DNA of 63,877 bases, filler included, from Phoronis australis (Eukaryota > Animalia > Phoronida), in the NCBI GenBank assembly GCA_002633005.1. It is 6 parts of 6 records of this genome, joined end to end, with 100 filler letters (N's around TTAATTAATTAA, not from the genome) between each part and the next. Parts side by side here need not be neighbours in the genome. Positions count along the whole stretch, not along the records: positions 21,500 to 49,991 come from NMRA01001301.1; positions 50,092 to 52,723 come from NMRA01001922.1; 4 more parts are not named here. The stretch is one strand, 5' to 3'. The translations under genes and the position numbers were made by a program. The notes beneath the pieces were generated by a model, which was given only the letters and a program-made list of their open reading frames with translations, searched no databases and was not told the DNA's origin. This document shows positions 38,299 through 50,270 of this stretch, piece by piece; position 1 is the first letter of the stretch, and every line of letters begins with the position of its first letter.

Positions 38299-38919
38299 CT
38301 GCCAATCAAATTTTAGATCAGGTCGCGATCGCACAAACTGGTACGCCAGAAAAAAAAACAAGATGATCGCTGATCACGTGAAAATTCACCTGAGGTCTTG
38401 CGACGATTAAACAATATGATCTGTGTTTGCCAAATCTATAAAGTACTAAAATGACGCTCTGGAACTTGCTTTTAAATATAAGTAGGTAACGCGATACAGG
38501 AATGCTAATTTGCTTTGAGTTTGTGTTGTTTTTGTCTCTTGGTTTGAGAAGTCCAGATGTGTTTAGCAGCTCAACAGAGCGAAGTAGTCAATGCGATCCA
38601 TCACGGAATGTATGCAAAATAAACTGAAGGATCCCAGATGTCAGAGCATTCATGGCAAGAAGTCAGAATCGACAAGACCAGATGACACCGACAAAAAAGA
38701 CAGTGACATTGTGCATGAAGGCAGCGACACCTACAGGCAATAACTTTACTTAAATGTTCTTAGAGCTGGTGCAAAAATACATGGATTAGTCACCACATCT
38801 ACGCAAAAACAGAGTTATAAATATATAAATTAAAAAAAAAAATTTTAGTTACCTAAATTTTTATGATTGAAAAGACATTCCTTCACATTGACAGTTTAGG
38901 AAAACGCTATTGTACTCAC

Positions 38920-39048
38920 CTTGAATCAAAGCAGACTCCAAAGTCGCTGTCGATGAAGGAGGGTTTGGCCACGATCCATCGTAATAAAGGTAGGTATTGC
39001 CTTCGGCTGGGAGGCGGGGCCTGTGTGACGTGAATTACTTCTGCCGTC
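38920..39048 (-). CDS. MAM domain exon (with 1-bp frameshift)
   Basis: DGRSNSRHTGPAS, then in another frame PAEGNTYLYYDGSWPNPPSSTATLESALIQ; acceptor GACAG, donor GTGAGT. Confidence 0.75.
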
Positions 39049-39426
39049 CTGTCAATGTCAAGGTATCAAACAGAATATGGCTAAGATGAACAAACAAAAA
39101 TGATAATATGCCCCAATTAAGATACAAACTGAGTTGCTTTTTAATTAAGTTAGTGGAAATCCCATTATCCCCACTTTGGCAAATAAAGTACTTTCAGACG
39201 TAATCATGCGGGGTTGCCTAACTTGACGCCACAAGTGACGAATACAAACACAAACATGACAAACAACGCTTTAAGTTGACATTTGTATTACATATACTTG
39301 GGACTAACATGAACCAAACGAATTAAAGTCTGGTCCTAGCAAAGTTTGCGTAATCTGCAAAACATCTTGCAGTTTCAGCCTATGATCGTCGAATTTCACA
39401 ACATGCACATTAATTGTCGGACTTAC

Positions 39427-39533
39427 CAGAAACGTGAGGTCAGAGCTATCGTTACGTAGTTGCTTGAATATACCGAGGGGGTTCTTCTTAGAGAGCTCAA
39501 ACCCGGATAGAATTGATGAGAAGCTGCTAAAGT
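39427..39533 (-). CDS. Exon, start of second MAM domain
   Basis: Acceptor GTCTTTCAG, donor GTAAGT, phase 1-0; DFSSFSSILSGFELSKKNPLGIFKQLRNDSSDLTFL. Confidence 0.7.
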
Positions 39534-40115
39534 CTGAAAGACAATTTCATTTCCCCTACATACCACGCAAACCCCCGAGTCAAGAAACGCGTAAGAATAC
39601 TCTCTGACGCACGAGTGACAGAAGGGGCTGCGTTCTGCAGAATAAAGACCCTTGCAAGGAAGCGCCATTGTGATCAAGTGCTTTAATTCGTTGTAATGCA
39701 AGCCAAAATTCTAGAAGATTTGTGTGAATATTGCATTTTTGTAAACCTCTTGAGTCTGCCTAACGAATCTCAGGTGGACCTCTCTATGTCGTGCGATTTA
39801 CGGTCAACATCCTTGTTGATTGCTTTTGCGCATACATAGAGGTTTGACAAACAAAAATCTAGTCACGTGCAATGAAAAGAAAACCAAATCAAGAGTGACA
39901 TAAACAAAAATCTACTTCTCGTCTGAAAGCTTAATCAAAAAATTTTCCCATACTGGTGTACTCTAGGACTGACATGCATCTATTACTGTAGTTTGACATG
40001 CGTGTAAGATCGAGACTTCTTCCGAAATACTGTATTTTGAATCTCCATGTCAGCAACAGAAAGTAGTGGTTTGGGCGATTTCTATTCTCGCTATCAGTAT
40101 ATCTCAAATACTTAC

Positions 40116-40232
40116 CTATGACGTCACACGTGTCACCCTTCTGTCCCGTTGGACACACGCACGTGCAGGTGGAGGAAGAAGACGAATAGTCAGAATAGTC
40201 CACGTGGAAACATGGTCTAGAATCACAAGGGT
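40116..40232 (-). CDS. EGF-like domain exon (degenerate)
   Basis: Phase 1-1, 117 bp; DPCDSRPCFHVDYSDYSSSSSTCTCVCPTGQKGDTCDVI; acceptor GTTTATAG, donor GTAAGT. Confidence 0.85.
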   Translation of the reverse strand, partial: TLVILDHVSTWTILTIRLLPPPARACVQRDRRVTRVTS

Positions 40233-41736
40233 CTATAAACGCATAAAAGATTTCCTATAACTGGCGTCGGATTAAATGCCTTCAGATCCTATGCAGCACG
40301 AATGTTTTTAAGAGGAAATGGAAGAACATGAACAACTGAAGAGGCAAAAAGCGATATTACATTTATCAACTTTTGTCGTATAATTTATATCGATTGCGAA
40401 TAAAATCACTTTCATCGATTGTTTTAAATGAAAAACGAGTGTATGACACTAAAACATGATATTGTTCCAAAAATATTTTCGATTATTCCTTTTTCTATTC
40501 CCACCAATAGGTTTTTCTTTAAATTTTACCACAGAGTTTAAGGTAAAAAACCACAAGGACGACTGACATGTGGTGGATAAGCAAGCATAAAACCTGCCGT
40601 CGCAAAATGTGTTACATTACCAGCAATACGTAAACTAGGTCATCCGCCAGGTTCTCTGCATAAACTAGGTCATCGCTTATGGACCAGTTAGCGTTTCACA
40701 CTCCGCGTGTCTACTTGAGAGAAGCACCAGGAAGGTTGTTCCATATTTTCTAGCCCAAAATTACCAAAGTTCAAATAAATTCCGTTAAAAAGAAAAGACA
40801 AAACATATCATTACGGATGTCTGGCCAATACCAACAGTCACCACTTGTACATAAGCTATTCAAAGCTGTCCTTCACTCGTTGCCTTAACTCGCAGTACCT
40901 CAAAATCGACTAGTTTTTTCGCAATGCAAAAATACAATTCTCATAAAATCAACTTGTAATGACTCCTTTGAATTTTAAACCATGCCCGAAGTACTCGGAC
41001 ACAAATTAATAGGTTCAAAGGTTTTTTTTCTCTGAAGCGGATCGTAAACAGCTCAGGTGATTTTTCCTGACATTTGCTACTTTGGTTTGGCCGAGTGCCT
41101 AATTTTAGCTCCCATAGGCCGGTCAAAAGCCAATTTCTGCTGTACGCACGACTAAGAGCATTCGAATCAAACTGTTATATATAAAGCAAACGTTTATTAG
41201 TATACTGGTGTGAAAAGTATCAGTGATTTAACCAAAAACACTGATGATAGTCTATGATAAAATAAACTGATATCAAAAGGACAAAATAGGCAATTTTCGG
41301 CCACCCCATGTTAAATACAAAATTTTTTCTAATTTTTTTCAAACTCCTACATTTCAATCTTGATTATACTGACATCTGTTGGGTCTACCGGCAACTAACC
41401 GCACATGAAAGGCTTGGTCGAAAATTATCGTTTTCTCACATGCACTTCGGCTTTTCAGCGAAGCGACAAAATAAGCCGAAACATTGGCCATACCATGTTA
41501 AACATATATTGGCCACGTTTTTAATAAAATACTTATTTATGTTATGTGCTAACAGCAAATGTGATTGGTTCATAAATAAGATCCCCACGCTGTTTTTTGC
41601 GACTTCAATGTATCCTGGAGGGGGATGACTGAGTGATATTCTTGCATGCGCAGTTCACGGTCTCAATATTGCTGGTAATGTAGTGTTTTTGTTTCATTTA
41701 GTTTAGTCTTCGTGCTTCATAACTTTCTATTTTTGT

Positions 41737-41864
41737 TGATCACCACTCTCTTTGAGCAGAAGGTGAGTGATACTTCTTATTCCTAGATCTGTTTGTTTGT
41801 CAGCACAGTGCATCCTTTAGTTTTTCATCTGATTTTGATGGTTAATTCGTGTTTCTCTAGTCTC

Positions 41865-41906
<42 letters not shown>

Positions 41907-42493
41907 NNNNNNNNNNNNNNNNNNNNNNNNNNNNNNNNNNNNNNNNNNNNNNNNNNNNNNNNNNNNNNNNNNNNNNNNNNNNNNNNNNNNNNNNNNNNNN
42001 NNNNNNNNNNNNNNNNNNNNNNNNNNNNNNNNNNNNNNNNNNNNNNNNNNNNNNNNNNNNNNNNNNNNNNNNNNNNNNNNNNNNNNNNNNNNNNNNNNNN
42101 NNNNNNNNNNNNNNNNNNNNNNNNNNNNNNNNNNNNNNNNNNNNNNNNNNNNNNNNNNNNNNNNNNNNNNNNNNNNNNNNNNNNNNNNNNNNNNNNNNNN
42201 NNNNNNNNNNNNNNNNNNNNNNNNNNNNNNNNNNNNNNNNNNNNNNNNNNNNNNNNNNNNNNNNNNNNNNNNNNNNNNNNNNNNNNNNNNNNNNNNNNNN
42301 NNNNNNNNNNNNNNNNNNNNNNNNNNNNNNNNNNNNNNNNNNNNNNNNNNNNNNNNNNNNNNNNNNNNNNNNNNNNNNNNNNNNNNNNNNNNNNNNNNNN
42401 NNNNNNNNNNNNNNNNNNNNNNNNNNNNNNNNNNNNNNNNNNNNNNNNNNNNNNNNNNNNNNNNNNNNNNNNNNNNNNNNNNNNNNNNNNNNN

Positions 42494-42524
<31 letters not shown>

Positions 42525-42632
42525 ACACACACATATATATATATATATATCACTTTTACTTGTATTTCATGTAGTAGTATCAGTAGTTTTAATGAGTTGA
42601 TTAGTAGTTGTTTCTCCGCATTGAGAGTTGTT
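41737..42632 (+). repeat. Homolog of 4350-4572 (region just before the LINE endonuclease) with expanded (CT)n/(AT)n microsatellite and an N gap
   Basis: Shared ATCACCACT, TTGTTTGT...TGCATCCTTTA, TTAATTCG(C/T)GTTT.TCTAGTCT and TTTCTCCGCATTGAGAGTTGTT on both sides of the gap. Confidence 0.7.
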
Positions 42633-43291
42633 CCTACTAATGTAACTCTTGCAGTCTCGAATATACTAGTCAAGATTCATCTCTTGTTCTGTTCCAACCA
42701 ACCACCTCGTACACAGTCGAACCGCATTTTTCCCGTGTACACCATATTTTACCCTACTAATGTATAAATTACTAGCAAAACCTATCACCAATGGCTGACT
42801 TTCATACTCCGTCGACACGATTCTTCAGTATTCAAAATAGTGATAATGGCATGAAAACCTACATTTAAACGCATTTCAGCTTTCTACGATTCCCACTAAG
42901 TGAAAAATCATTGAAAAAGGAGAGCAGACAATATCCTCTGCCGGCTTATCTGTTGCTTGTCGGAAAATTAAACAAAGAAGCAGCGGACCAGAGTTGCGTT
43001 CCGTACCCTCAGGTTTCTTGCCAAAAACACACTCAGGCTTACGTGACACTTTGCCAGATATTACCATGCATTAAAAGCAGGACCACACACGCTTTCCGAG
43101 TGTCTGGTTTGACAGAACACAACCTTATCTTGGACAGATTATTACCGAGTCACATCAATAAACGTATGTCCAAAGAATGCATCACAGTTAGATGCGGGAG
43201 ATCTAGTGTAGTGTCTTGTACAGGGGTGCACGAATTGATTGCATCAAAATACTTATGTCCGCGCTGTGCCAGGAAACGGTTATTGACGTAC

Positions 43292-43379
43292 CTGATTTGC
43301 ATGCTCCCTCTGTAATTCTCATGTTGTCAATTGCGATATCACTCCTGTAGCTGCTTCCTCTAGTGGCACAAAAGGAAAC
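43292..43379 (-). CDS. Exon, C-terminus of first MAM domain
   Basis: Acceptor TTTTACTGTAG, donor GTACGT, phase 0-1; VSFCATRGSSYRSDIAIDNMRITEGACKS is a classic MAM end. Confidence 0.9.
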
Positions 43380-43563
43380 CTACAGTAAAAGATTTACTTT
43401 AAAAGGATATAATAACGGGTTTTGACCATTTAACAGATATTAGTGTGACATTCCTACCGTAAAGCTATTGGAGCCACGTATGGTGGCACTACTTACATAG
43501 TCTCCTAAACAGGTAAACGTATCCTAAGGTTTAGGTATGTTACACGACAACTGTAAGAAAAAA

Positions 43564-44756
43564 CTAGAAAGATTATTGTCACGGCGTGACAATAACGGAC
43601 TCTGCGCGTGCGTATTACTGGAATTATTATGGGAAGTTACTGACAGCAACCTGTTTAATACCAATATGAAAAGGAATTCTTTAAAATTGTAGGAGAAATT
43701 ACATATTAATTTTTGATGACCTTTCCACTAATTGACCTCTTCCGGTGCATTATGAGCCCCGATGAGAGGGTAATTGCTAACTTGATTAAAAGTGTGGTTA
43801 ATGCTAATAATCACAGATGTTTTACTTTAAGCACTTCAGAATACAAAATGAATGAAGTTGTCAAACTTTCATCAGAAAAAGGCACCTAATGACCCCATGG
43901 GTGTACCAAATGACCTAAAAGTTTCGAATTAAAACTGAATCGCACTTAGTAAACAGATACGTAATTCTGAAGTCTCTAGCTCAAAATTTTAGTTTGCACT
44001 CAATGACCTTTGATCTATTTTTTCTGATTGGTTAGGCCTATTGTGAATAAAGTAGTGTATGCAATTGGCATGTTGACTTACACCAGTGTGCTGAAATTGA
44101 AAAGAATCCCTTGAAAAGCTTAAGAGATATAACATTTTGAACGTTACATGACCTCTGCAGTAATTGACCTTATTCGGTGCATTTTAAGCATCTTAAGGAG
44201 AATTATTACAAAGCCCATGGAAAATGTGTTTAACGCTGAGAATCACAGTTGTCTAACGGTTGACACATCAGAATACTTGCTAATTGAAAAAGTCAAATTT
44301 TCAGAAGAAAAGAGCACCTAATGACCCCATGATTTCACTAAATGACCTGAAACTTTGGATTCCGATTTGATTTACCAGTGGCAATCAGACCTGTCAATTT
44401 GAAGTGTCTAGCTCAAAATTTTAGTTTCTACTTAATGACCTTTGACCTATTTCACCTGATTGGAAGTCCCAATTACTTAGAAAAGTAACTTTGTAAATTG
44501 TCATGTTGACTTATACCTGTGCACCGAATTTGAAAAAGATAGCTTTAAAACTGAAGGAGGAGTAGCATTTTGAAAATTATCTGACCTTTGCACCAAACGG
44601 CCTCTTCTGGTGCAATATAGAATATGCTTATATAACCAATCAAAATTTATATACTGTCAAAAGTCATATGCTGAATTTAAAGACCGTACCTGCACCCAAT
44701 TTGGAGTTATTAAGCCTCAAGTTTGGTCGGAAGAAGAATAAGAATAAGAATAAGAA
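43564..44756 (-). mobile_element. HINE-like element, copy B (lacks its own sub-TIR/IR end)
   Basis: CTAG terminus, hairpin TTATTGTCAC-GGC-GTGACAATAA, sub-TIR, two ~430-bp internal repeats; ends in (AAGAAT)n where copy C begins. Confidence 0.75.
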
Positions 44757-45990
44757 CTAGAAAGATTATTGTCACAGCGTGACAATAACGGACTCTGCGC
44801 GTGCGTATTACTGGAGTTATTATGGGAAGTTACTGACAGCAACCCGTTTAAGAATATGAAAAGGAATTCTTTAAAATTGTAGGAGAAATTACATATTAAT
44901 TTTTGATGACCTTTCCACTAATTGACCTCTTCCGGTGCATTATGAGCCCCAATGAGGGAGTAATTGTTAACTTGATTAAAAGTGTGGTTAATGCTAATAA
45001 TCACAGATGTTTTACTTTAAGCACTTCAGAATACAAAATGAATGAAGTTGTCAAACTTTCATCAGAAAAATGCACCTAATGACCCCATGGGTGTACCAAA
45101 TGACCTAAAATTTTCGAATTAAAACTTAATCGCACTTAGTAAACAGATACGTAATTCTGAAGTCTCTAGCTCAAACTTTTAGTTTGAACTCAATGACCTC
45201 AGATCTATTTTTTCTGATTGTTTAGGCCTATTGCAAAGTAAAGTAGGGTATTCAATTGGCATGTTGACTTACACCAGTGTGCTGAAATTGAAAAGAATTC
45301 CTTGAAAAATGTAAGAGATATATCATTTTGAACGTTACATGACCTTTGCACTAATTGACCCTATCCGGTGCGTTATAAGCGTCTTTATTTGAATTATTGC
45401 AAAACCAATGAAAAATGTGTTTAATGCTGAGAATCACAGTTGTATAACGGTTGCCACATCAGAATACTTGCAGATTGAAAAGGTCAAATTTTCAGAAGGA
45501 AAATGCACCCCCAGGTTTGCACTAAATGACTTGAAACTTTGGATTCCGAATTGATTTACGTGTGGCAATCAGACCTGTCAATTTGAAGTGTCTAGCTCAA
45601 AATTTTAGTTTGCACCTAATGACCTTTGACCTATTTCACCTGATTGGATGACCCGAATACTTAGAAAAGTAATTTTTTTAATTGTCATGTTGACTTATAC
45701 CTGTGCACCGAATTTGAAAAGATAGTTTTAAAACTGAAGGAGTAGCATTTTGAAAATTATATGACCTTTGCACCAAACGACCTCTTCTGGTGCAATATGG
45801 AATATGATTACAAAACCAATCAAAATTTATATACTGTCAAAAGTCATATGCTGAATTTAAAGACCGTACCTGCACCCAATTTGGAGTTATTAAGCCTCAA
45901 AGTTGGTCGGAAGAAGAATAAGAAGAATAAGAATAAAATTGAAGAAAACCCAGGAGAAACAGTACTCTGCGCTTACACGCGCAGAGTAAT
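44757..45990 (-). mobile_element. HINE-like element, copy C (complete)
   Basis: CTAG terminus, hairpin with AGC loop, sub-TIR ACTCTGCGCGTG with perfect partner CACGCGCAGAGT (45976-45987), microsatellite. Confidence 0.8.
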
Positions 45991-47690
45991 AAGAATAAGA
46001 ATTCATCTACTTTACTGTCCAAAACAACGAAAAAAATATTAATTTCGGCATTGAAACGCTTTTTAAAGTCTTTCAATAGTAGAATTGTTGGTATTATTCG
46101 TACTTTTGGCAATGCTACTGGTAATTAATTACAAAATTCAAACTTCGGTGCCGAATGATTATGTCGTCTGCTTGCCCAATAGCAGCATAATTATGGGACA
46201 GTTTTTGATTAATGGTTCACATAGGCCTACTGAGAAAACTACGAAAGCGTGATTATAAATCAACATTCTCAAGTGAGCAGTTCTTCTGGGAAGTGTTGAG
46301 TGGCCCTTAAATGGCCGTTGGTTGTACAGTAGCTATAGCGTGAAAAGGTTCTTAAAAGAACCGTTGAATAATTCAATATAAATCACACATGCTCACTCAA
46401 GACCAAGTACTGAAGGTCCTCTTCATTCAAGTTTTCATCTGGGAAGGTTGGATGAAAACAGAGGAGATGACAATATCGATGACAGTTATAACACCTTATA
46501 CAAATGTTACCGTTCTCCAACGTTATCACGAACACTGCCTTTTACAGAAGTAGCCCAGAACTATAGGGAAAAAAGACATACTACGAAAACGAATCAAATT
46601 TTGAAAATCATCGCCTTCGTGTGATTACGTGTTGCTGTCGCCAGACTGTTGTTCCTCCCCAACATCAATGTCGAAAATCGACGTTACAGGTGATGCAAAC
46701 CTGTGTCCTTTGTTTCTAACTTTTAACCCATTTTTTAAGAAAGGGCTGTACTGATTTTGTCTAACGTTGATAGAGCATAACTTTTGGTTTTTACAATGCA
46801 TTGATTGTGTTGAATGCATTCATATTAGTTGGCTTCATTGAGTTGAACAGAAAATAAACTAAATGTAACATAATAAAGTTTTTAAATAAATAGAACAGTA
46901 AAACAGGACTCCCTAAAAATCGAGCTGTTTGCGAAAATTTTGCGCCATTGATGATCTGATTGGTTCATGCATTTACGGCGGGAAAATAATAGACCAAGAA
47001 TCGTGCACGTGTGCACTGTAACAACACTGTGTATCTTATTCTTATTTGGCCAATCTGTTGACACAGTGAATTTCCTTATTTATGCCCATACTGGTTTGAC
47101 TGCATCTTGAGCTTGTTGGGTTCTTTTATATATTGGGTTGGCATTGGGACCCACATGATGCTTACTCGATTGGGCTTCATTTTACCAAGTATTTCAAATT
47201 GAGGTGAAGTAAATAAACAAAGTGGGTGATTATCATCACCAGAATTTCATCATTAGTATCTTTTGCCGGGTGCTCAAATTTTCTGAGACTAGGGATTGTC
47301 AGATTTGTAAGGTAGAAGTGTTTCGCTGGATTTCCAGGTCTGTGGCGTTATTTATACCGGACCAAAATTAAAAAACAGACCTTTGTTTTAATCAGGAGCT
47401 GCATGATACACATTTCTTAGACGTGCGCAGGCATTGCACTGATCACTTGGAACCATTTTTATGGTTTATTAATATATATAGTTAAACCTAGCAGAGGAGC
47501 TTGAAACCTGATTCACGGCAATTTTTGGCAGTGGTATTTTCTGAAAAATGCTTGTAAGTTGTCAACAAAGTTTGAGAGCAATGCACTGCAGTTTTGTAGA
47601 AACTCTGTTCCTAGGTTACAGATGCGTCACAGAGCGTAACTTTGAAGAATTCTAATTTACGATTTCACCTGTTTCAGAGACCGGGTTTCA

Positions 47691-47772
47691 ACCACTTTTC
47701 GGCTATAATAAGCGCCCCCTTCCTGACGCGGATTTTTCTAAGCACCCTGGCCGCTTATTAGGGCGGATACGG
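47691..47772. mobile_element. Short pogo/Tigger-like MITE relic
   Basis: Ends ...TTATTAGGGCGGATACGG|TA and contains ATAAGCGCCCCC; similar to the terminus at 62262. Confidence 0.45.
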
Positions 47773-48519
47773 TAATATTTCAGAAGGGCAATACTTAGTA
47801 TCCTTTATGCACGGGACCCTTTTGTTACATTAGGAATGGGATTGGCTCATTATGTACCCTACAGGTGGCATAGGACTTTGCAAAACTGGTTGAAGAATTT
47901 TGTTTTCGTCATAAACCTTCGTTTGAAAGGCTTAAGTTTAGAAATGTTAGGACTTAAGGCGGAAATTTAAAAAACCATATAATATCCGCTTACAAAAAAA
48001 TTAACATTGAAGAATAAAAACAACCTTTACACCCCTCTGGTATTCCTGTTCCATGTTTTCAAAGAAGTTGGTTGCATTTTCATAGACTGCAGTCGAGAGA
48101 TTTTGTGCGGCATATATTCGACATGAAATGAGTGTGTAACCTGCTGTTGAATTGCAAGATAGATTTGTCCGGGTGGTTATTTATGAAGTATTAATCTAAT
48201 CTTTATTGATGGTAAAGGTTTTACCAGCGTTCTATTTATTTGTACACGAATGTGAATTTGTTGAAATCGCTGATCCAAATCCTGGCCAAATTTGCGCATT
48301 CTGCTGAGACCAACCGTCTGATCAGGGCCAGCGAAGAGTAATTTGGTTAATTCGCTCACTAGGCTATGGCTGAACTTCCTCGTAAGGACAAGAGTTTACG
48401 AGTCCCTACCTTTGGAAGAAATTTAGCGGATAACTTTCGTCAAAAAGTTTACCAGATAGTTTTCATCAAAACGGAGAAAACAAAAATGGATTTGTGAAGA
48501 CAGGATTAAGTAGTAGAGT

Positions 48520-48718
48520 GTCCTAAAAACCATTCATCTTCGAAATGCCTTGAACAAATGTATAAAGTCTTAATGCTGAAACAACTGCCATTCACGTTGA
48601 CACGAGAAGTAAGGTTTTCTTCCCACAGCCGATTATGGTGTCTTCGGCTGGTGTGGAAGCTAATTCCTTTGCATTTCGCGTGTGTGGCCGAACAACCGGC
48701 CACACAGTAGCCGACCAT
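48520..48718 (-). pseudogene. THAP zinc-finger domain fragment, probably from a P-element-like transposon
   Basis: MVGYCVAGC...GISFH...LW...YICSRHF (C2CH THAP pattern); conserved FP and AVP motifs absent, stop soon after; CATAGAC-type end upstream at 48874. Confidence 0.75.
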
Positions 48719-50091
48719 GATTAGCAGACGACGTACATGTACTTGCCGGAAATTGCACCACATAATTTAGCCAGGTGTCGCCAGTGAATAGTGACGTAAG
48801 GGCTTGTGCGTAAGGTCACAGATTTCGTCCATTGAAGTTTTACGGAGTTGGCGGTCCATGTACTATAGTCTATGATGCCAAAAGTAGTCAGTCAAAAACA
48901 GAAGCGTAATTCATCGTCAGAGTAGTTTTCACTCCAGCCAATCTGATCTTAAAGAGAGGAGAAGGGCCATCGGATGGCTTTTCGCCGATTGGTGAGATGG
49001 GCATAAACCAAAAGATTGAGAGCAAAATTCTTGTACACTTTGTCAGTACTAACCAAATCACATTCCTTTGACATATTAAGGGAGCCGCAAACGGTCTTAC
49101 CTGTTATATTTCGCCTATTTTACGTTTCTATAACAACCACTAAATCAAATCGTCTGTTATTATGTAATCTTAGTTTTGATCAAATGACGTCATATAATGA
49201 CCCGAAATCCAGCCAATAAGCCAAGTGAGTGCTTCAATTTACGAAATTCACAAGAACGCAAATGGTTGAGTGACAAGTAAAAAGTCTAATCTTCAAGTGA
49301 ATAACTTGGTTCCTGTGCAGTTATATTCGCAGTTTTACTTCGGCCGTGAGATAAATTGTGTTCACGCGATCGCTATTTCGACGTGCGCAGCTTAATATTT
49401 GATGTTCAATTCGAATTTGACATGTATGATACTTAATTCTGAGATTTCAATTTACGGGCAACAATTGTTCATTCGTGTACGCTCAACTTCATCACAGTTT
49501 ACATAAACGCAAGTGTAATCCTCTTCGATGGCCCCAGCATTAGAACTGTAAGCTAGAGATTGAAACCGATATTCAGAGTTTGACCTCAACTTAGTTCCTC
49601 GACACTAAAGGCCATCATGAGGAAACTTGCCTTTAGAAACATTGCTACGTAAGCTATAATATTCTCGAGCTGACGTTCACAGATCATTGAGTTCGTACTT
49701 TCTGCGAAAGCTCATTCCGAAGACGGCGGATATCCGAGAGGCTGATTTTCCGACAAGCTCAGACGTTGGCTAATTTGAAGATTTGTGGTCTGCAGTTCAA
49801 ATTAATTGATGTATGGTATTAGTAGACTGCATGGAATATTTTCCAAGTAATGCCATTTAGAAGTGTGAAGAAAAAGTAACATTAAATCATCATCCAGTAC
49901 TAAGTGTTACTCAAAGTTAGCGCACCATTTTTTGAAAATCGACAAATTATAATCTACAAATACGTTGTTGAAGCCTTACCTATATATTTGANNNNNNNNN
50001 NNNNNNNNNNNNNNNNNNNNNNNNNNNNNNNNNNNTTAATTAATTAANNNNNNNNNNNNNNNNNNNNNNNNNNNNNNNNNNNNNNNNNNNN

Positions 50092-50270
50092 CAAATTTCT
50101 GTTATGATGGCGATAATATCTATCCATTTTTGGGTGGATTTGACACATCCTTCGCCACCCAGTGTTCATTTTCGACACTAATAAACACCCCTAGAAGCAC
50201 ACTGATTGCGTTGCTGGTGTGAGCGCATTTCAAAGCTCTGCGTTGTTCTTGTTGATTCTGGTACGTGAAA
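50092..50270 (-). repeat. Dispersed repeat, inverted homolog of ~57370-57550
   Basis: Shared GTGTGCTTCTAGGGGTGTTT, AAAATG..CACT.G.TGGCG and AATCCACC..AAAAT in inverted orientation. Confidence 0.7.

Larger units (their letters stand above)
37686..43379 (-). pseudogene. Partial MAM-EGF-MAM extracellular protein gene (six exons), frame-disrupted as assembled
   Basis: Exons 43379-43292, 40232-40116, 39533-39427, 39048-38920, 38298-38086 and 37772-37686 all have AG acceptors, and the five non-terminal ones have GT donors; phases are compatible. Two 1-bp frame breaks and a decayed EGF domain suggest a pseudogene or assembly errors. Confidence 0.7.

Noticed and set aside
41793-42767. Three long ORFs of 225-324 aa
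   Set aside because: They run through an N gap and dinucleotide repeats.
43040-43205. Cys-containing peptide resembling another exon of the MAM gene
   Set aside because: Two consecutive stops and no phase-compatible acceptor.
48081-48874. CATAGACT/AGTCTATG as paired TIRs of a P element
   Set aside because: Only 8 bp match and no flanking TSD.
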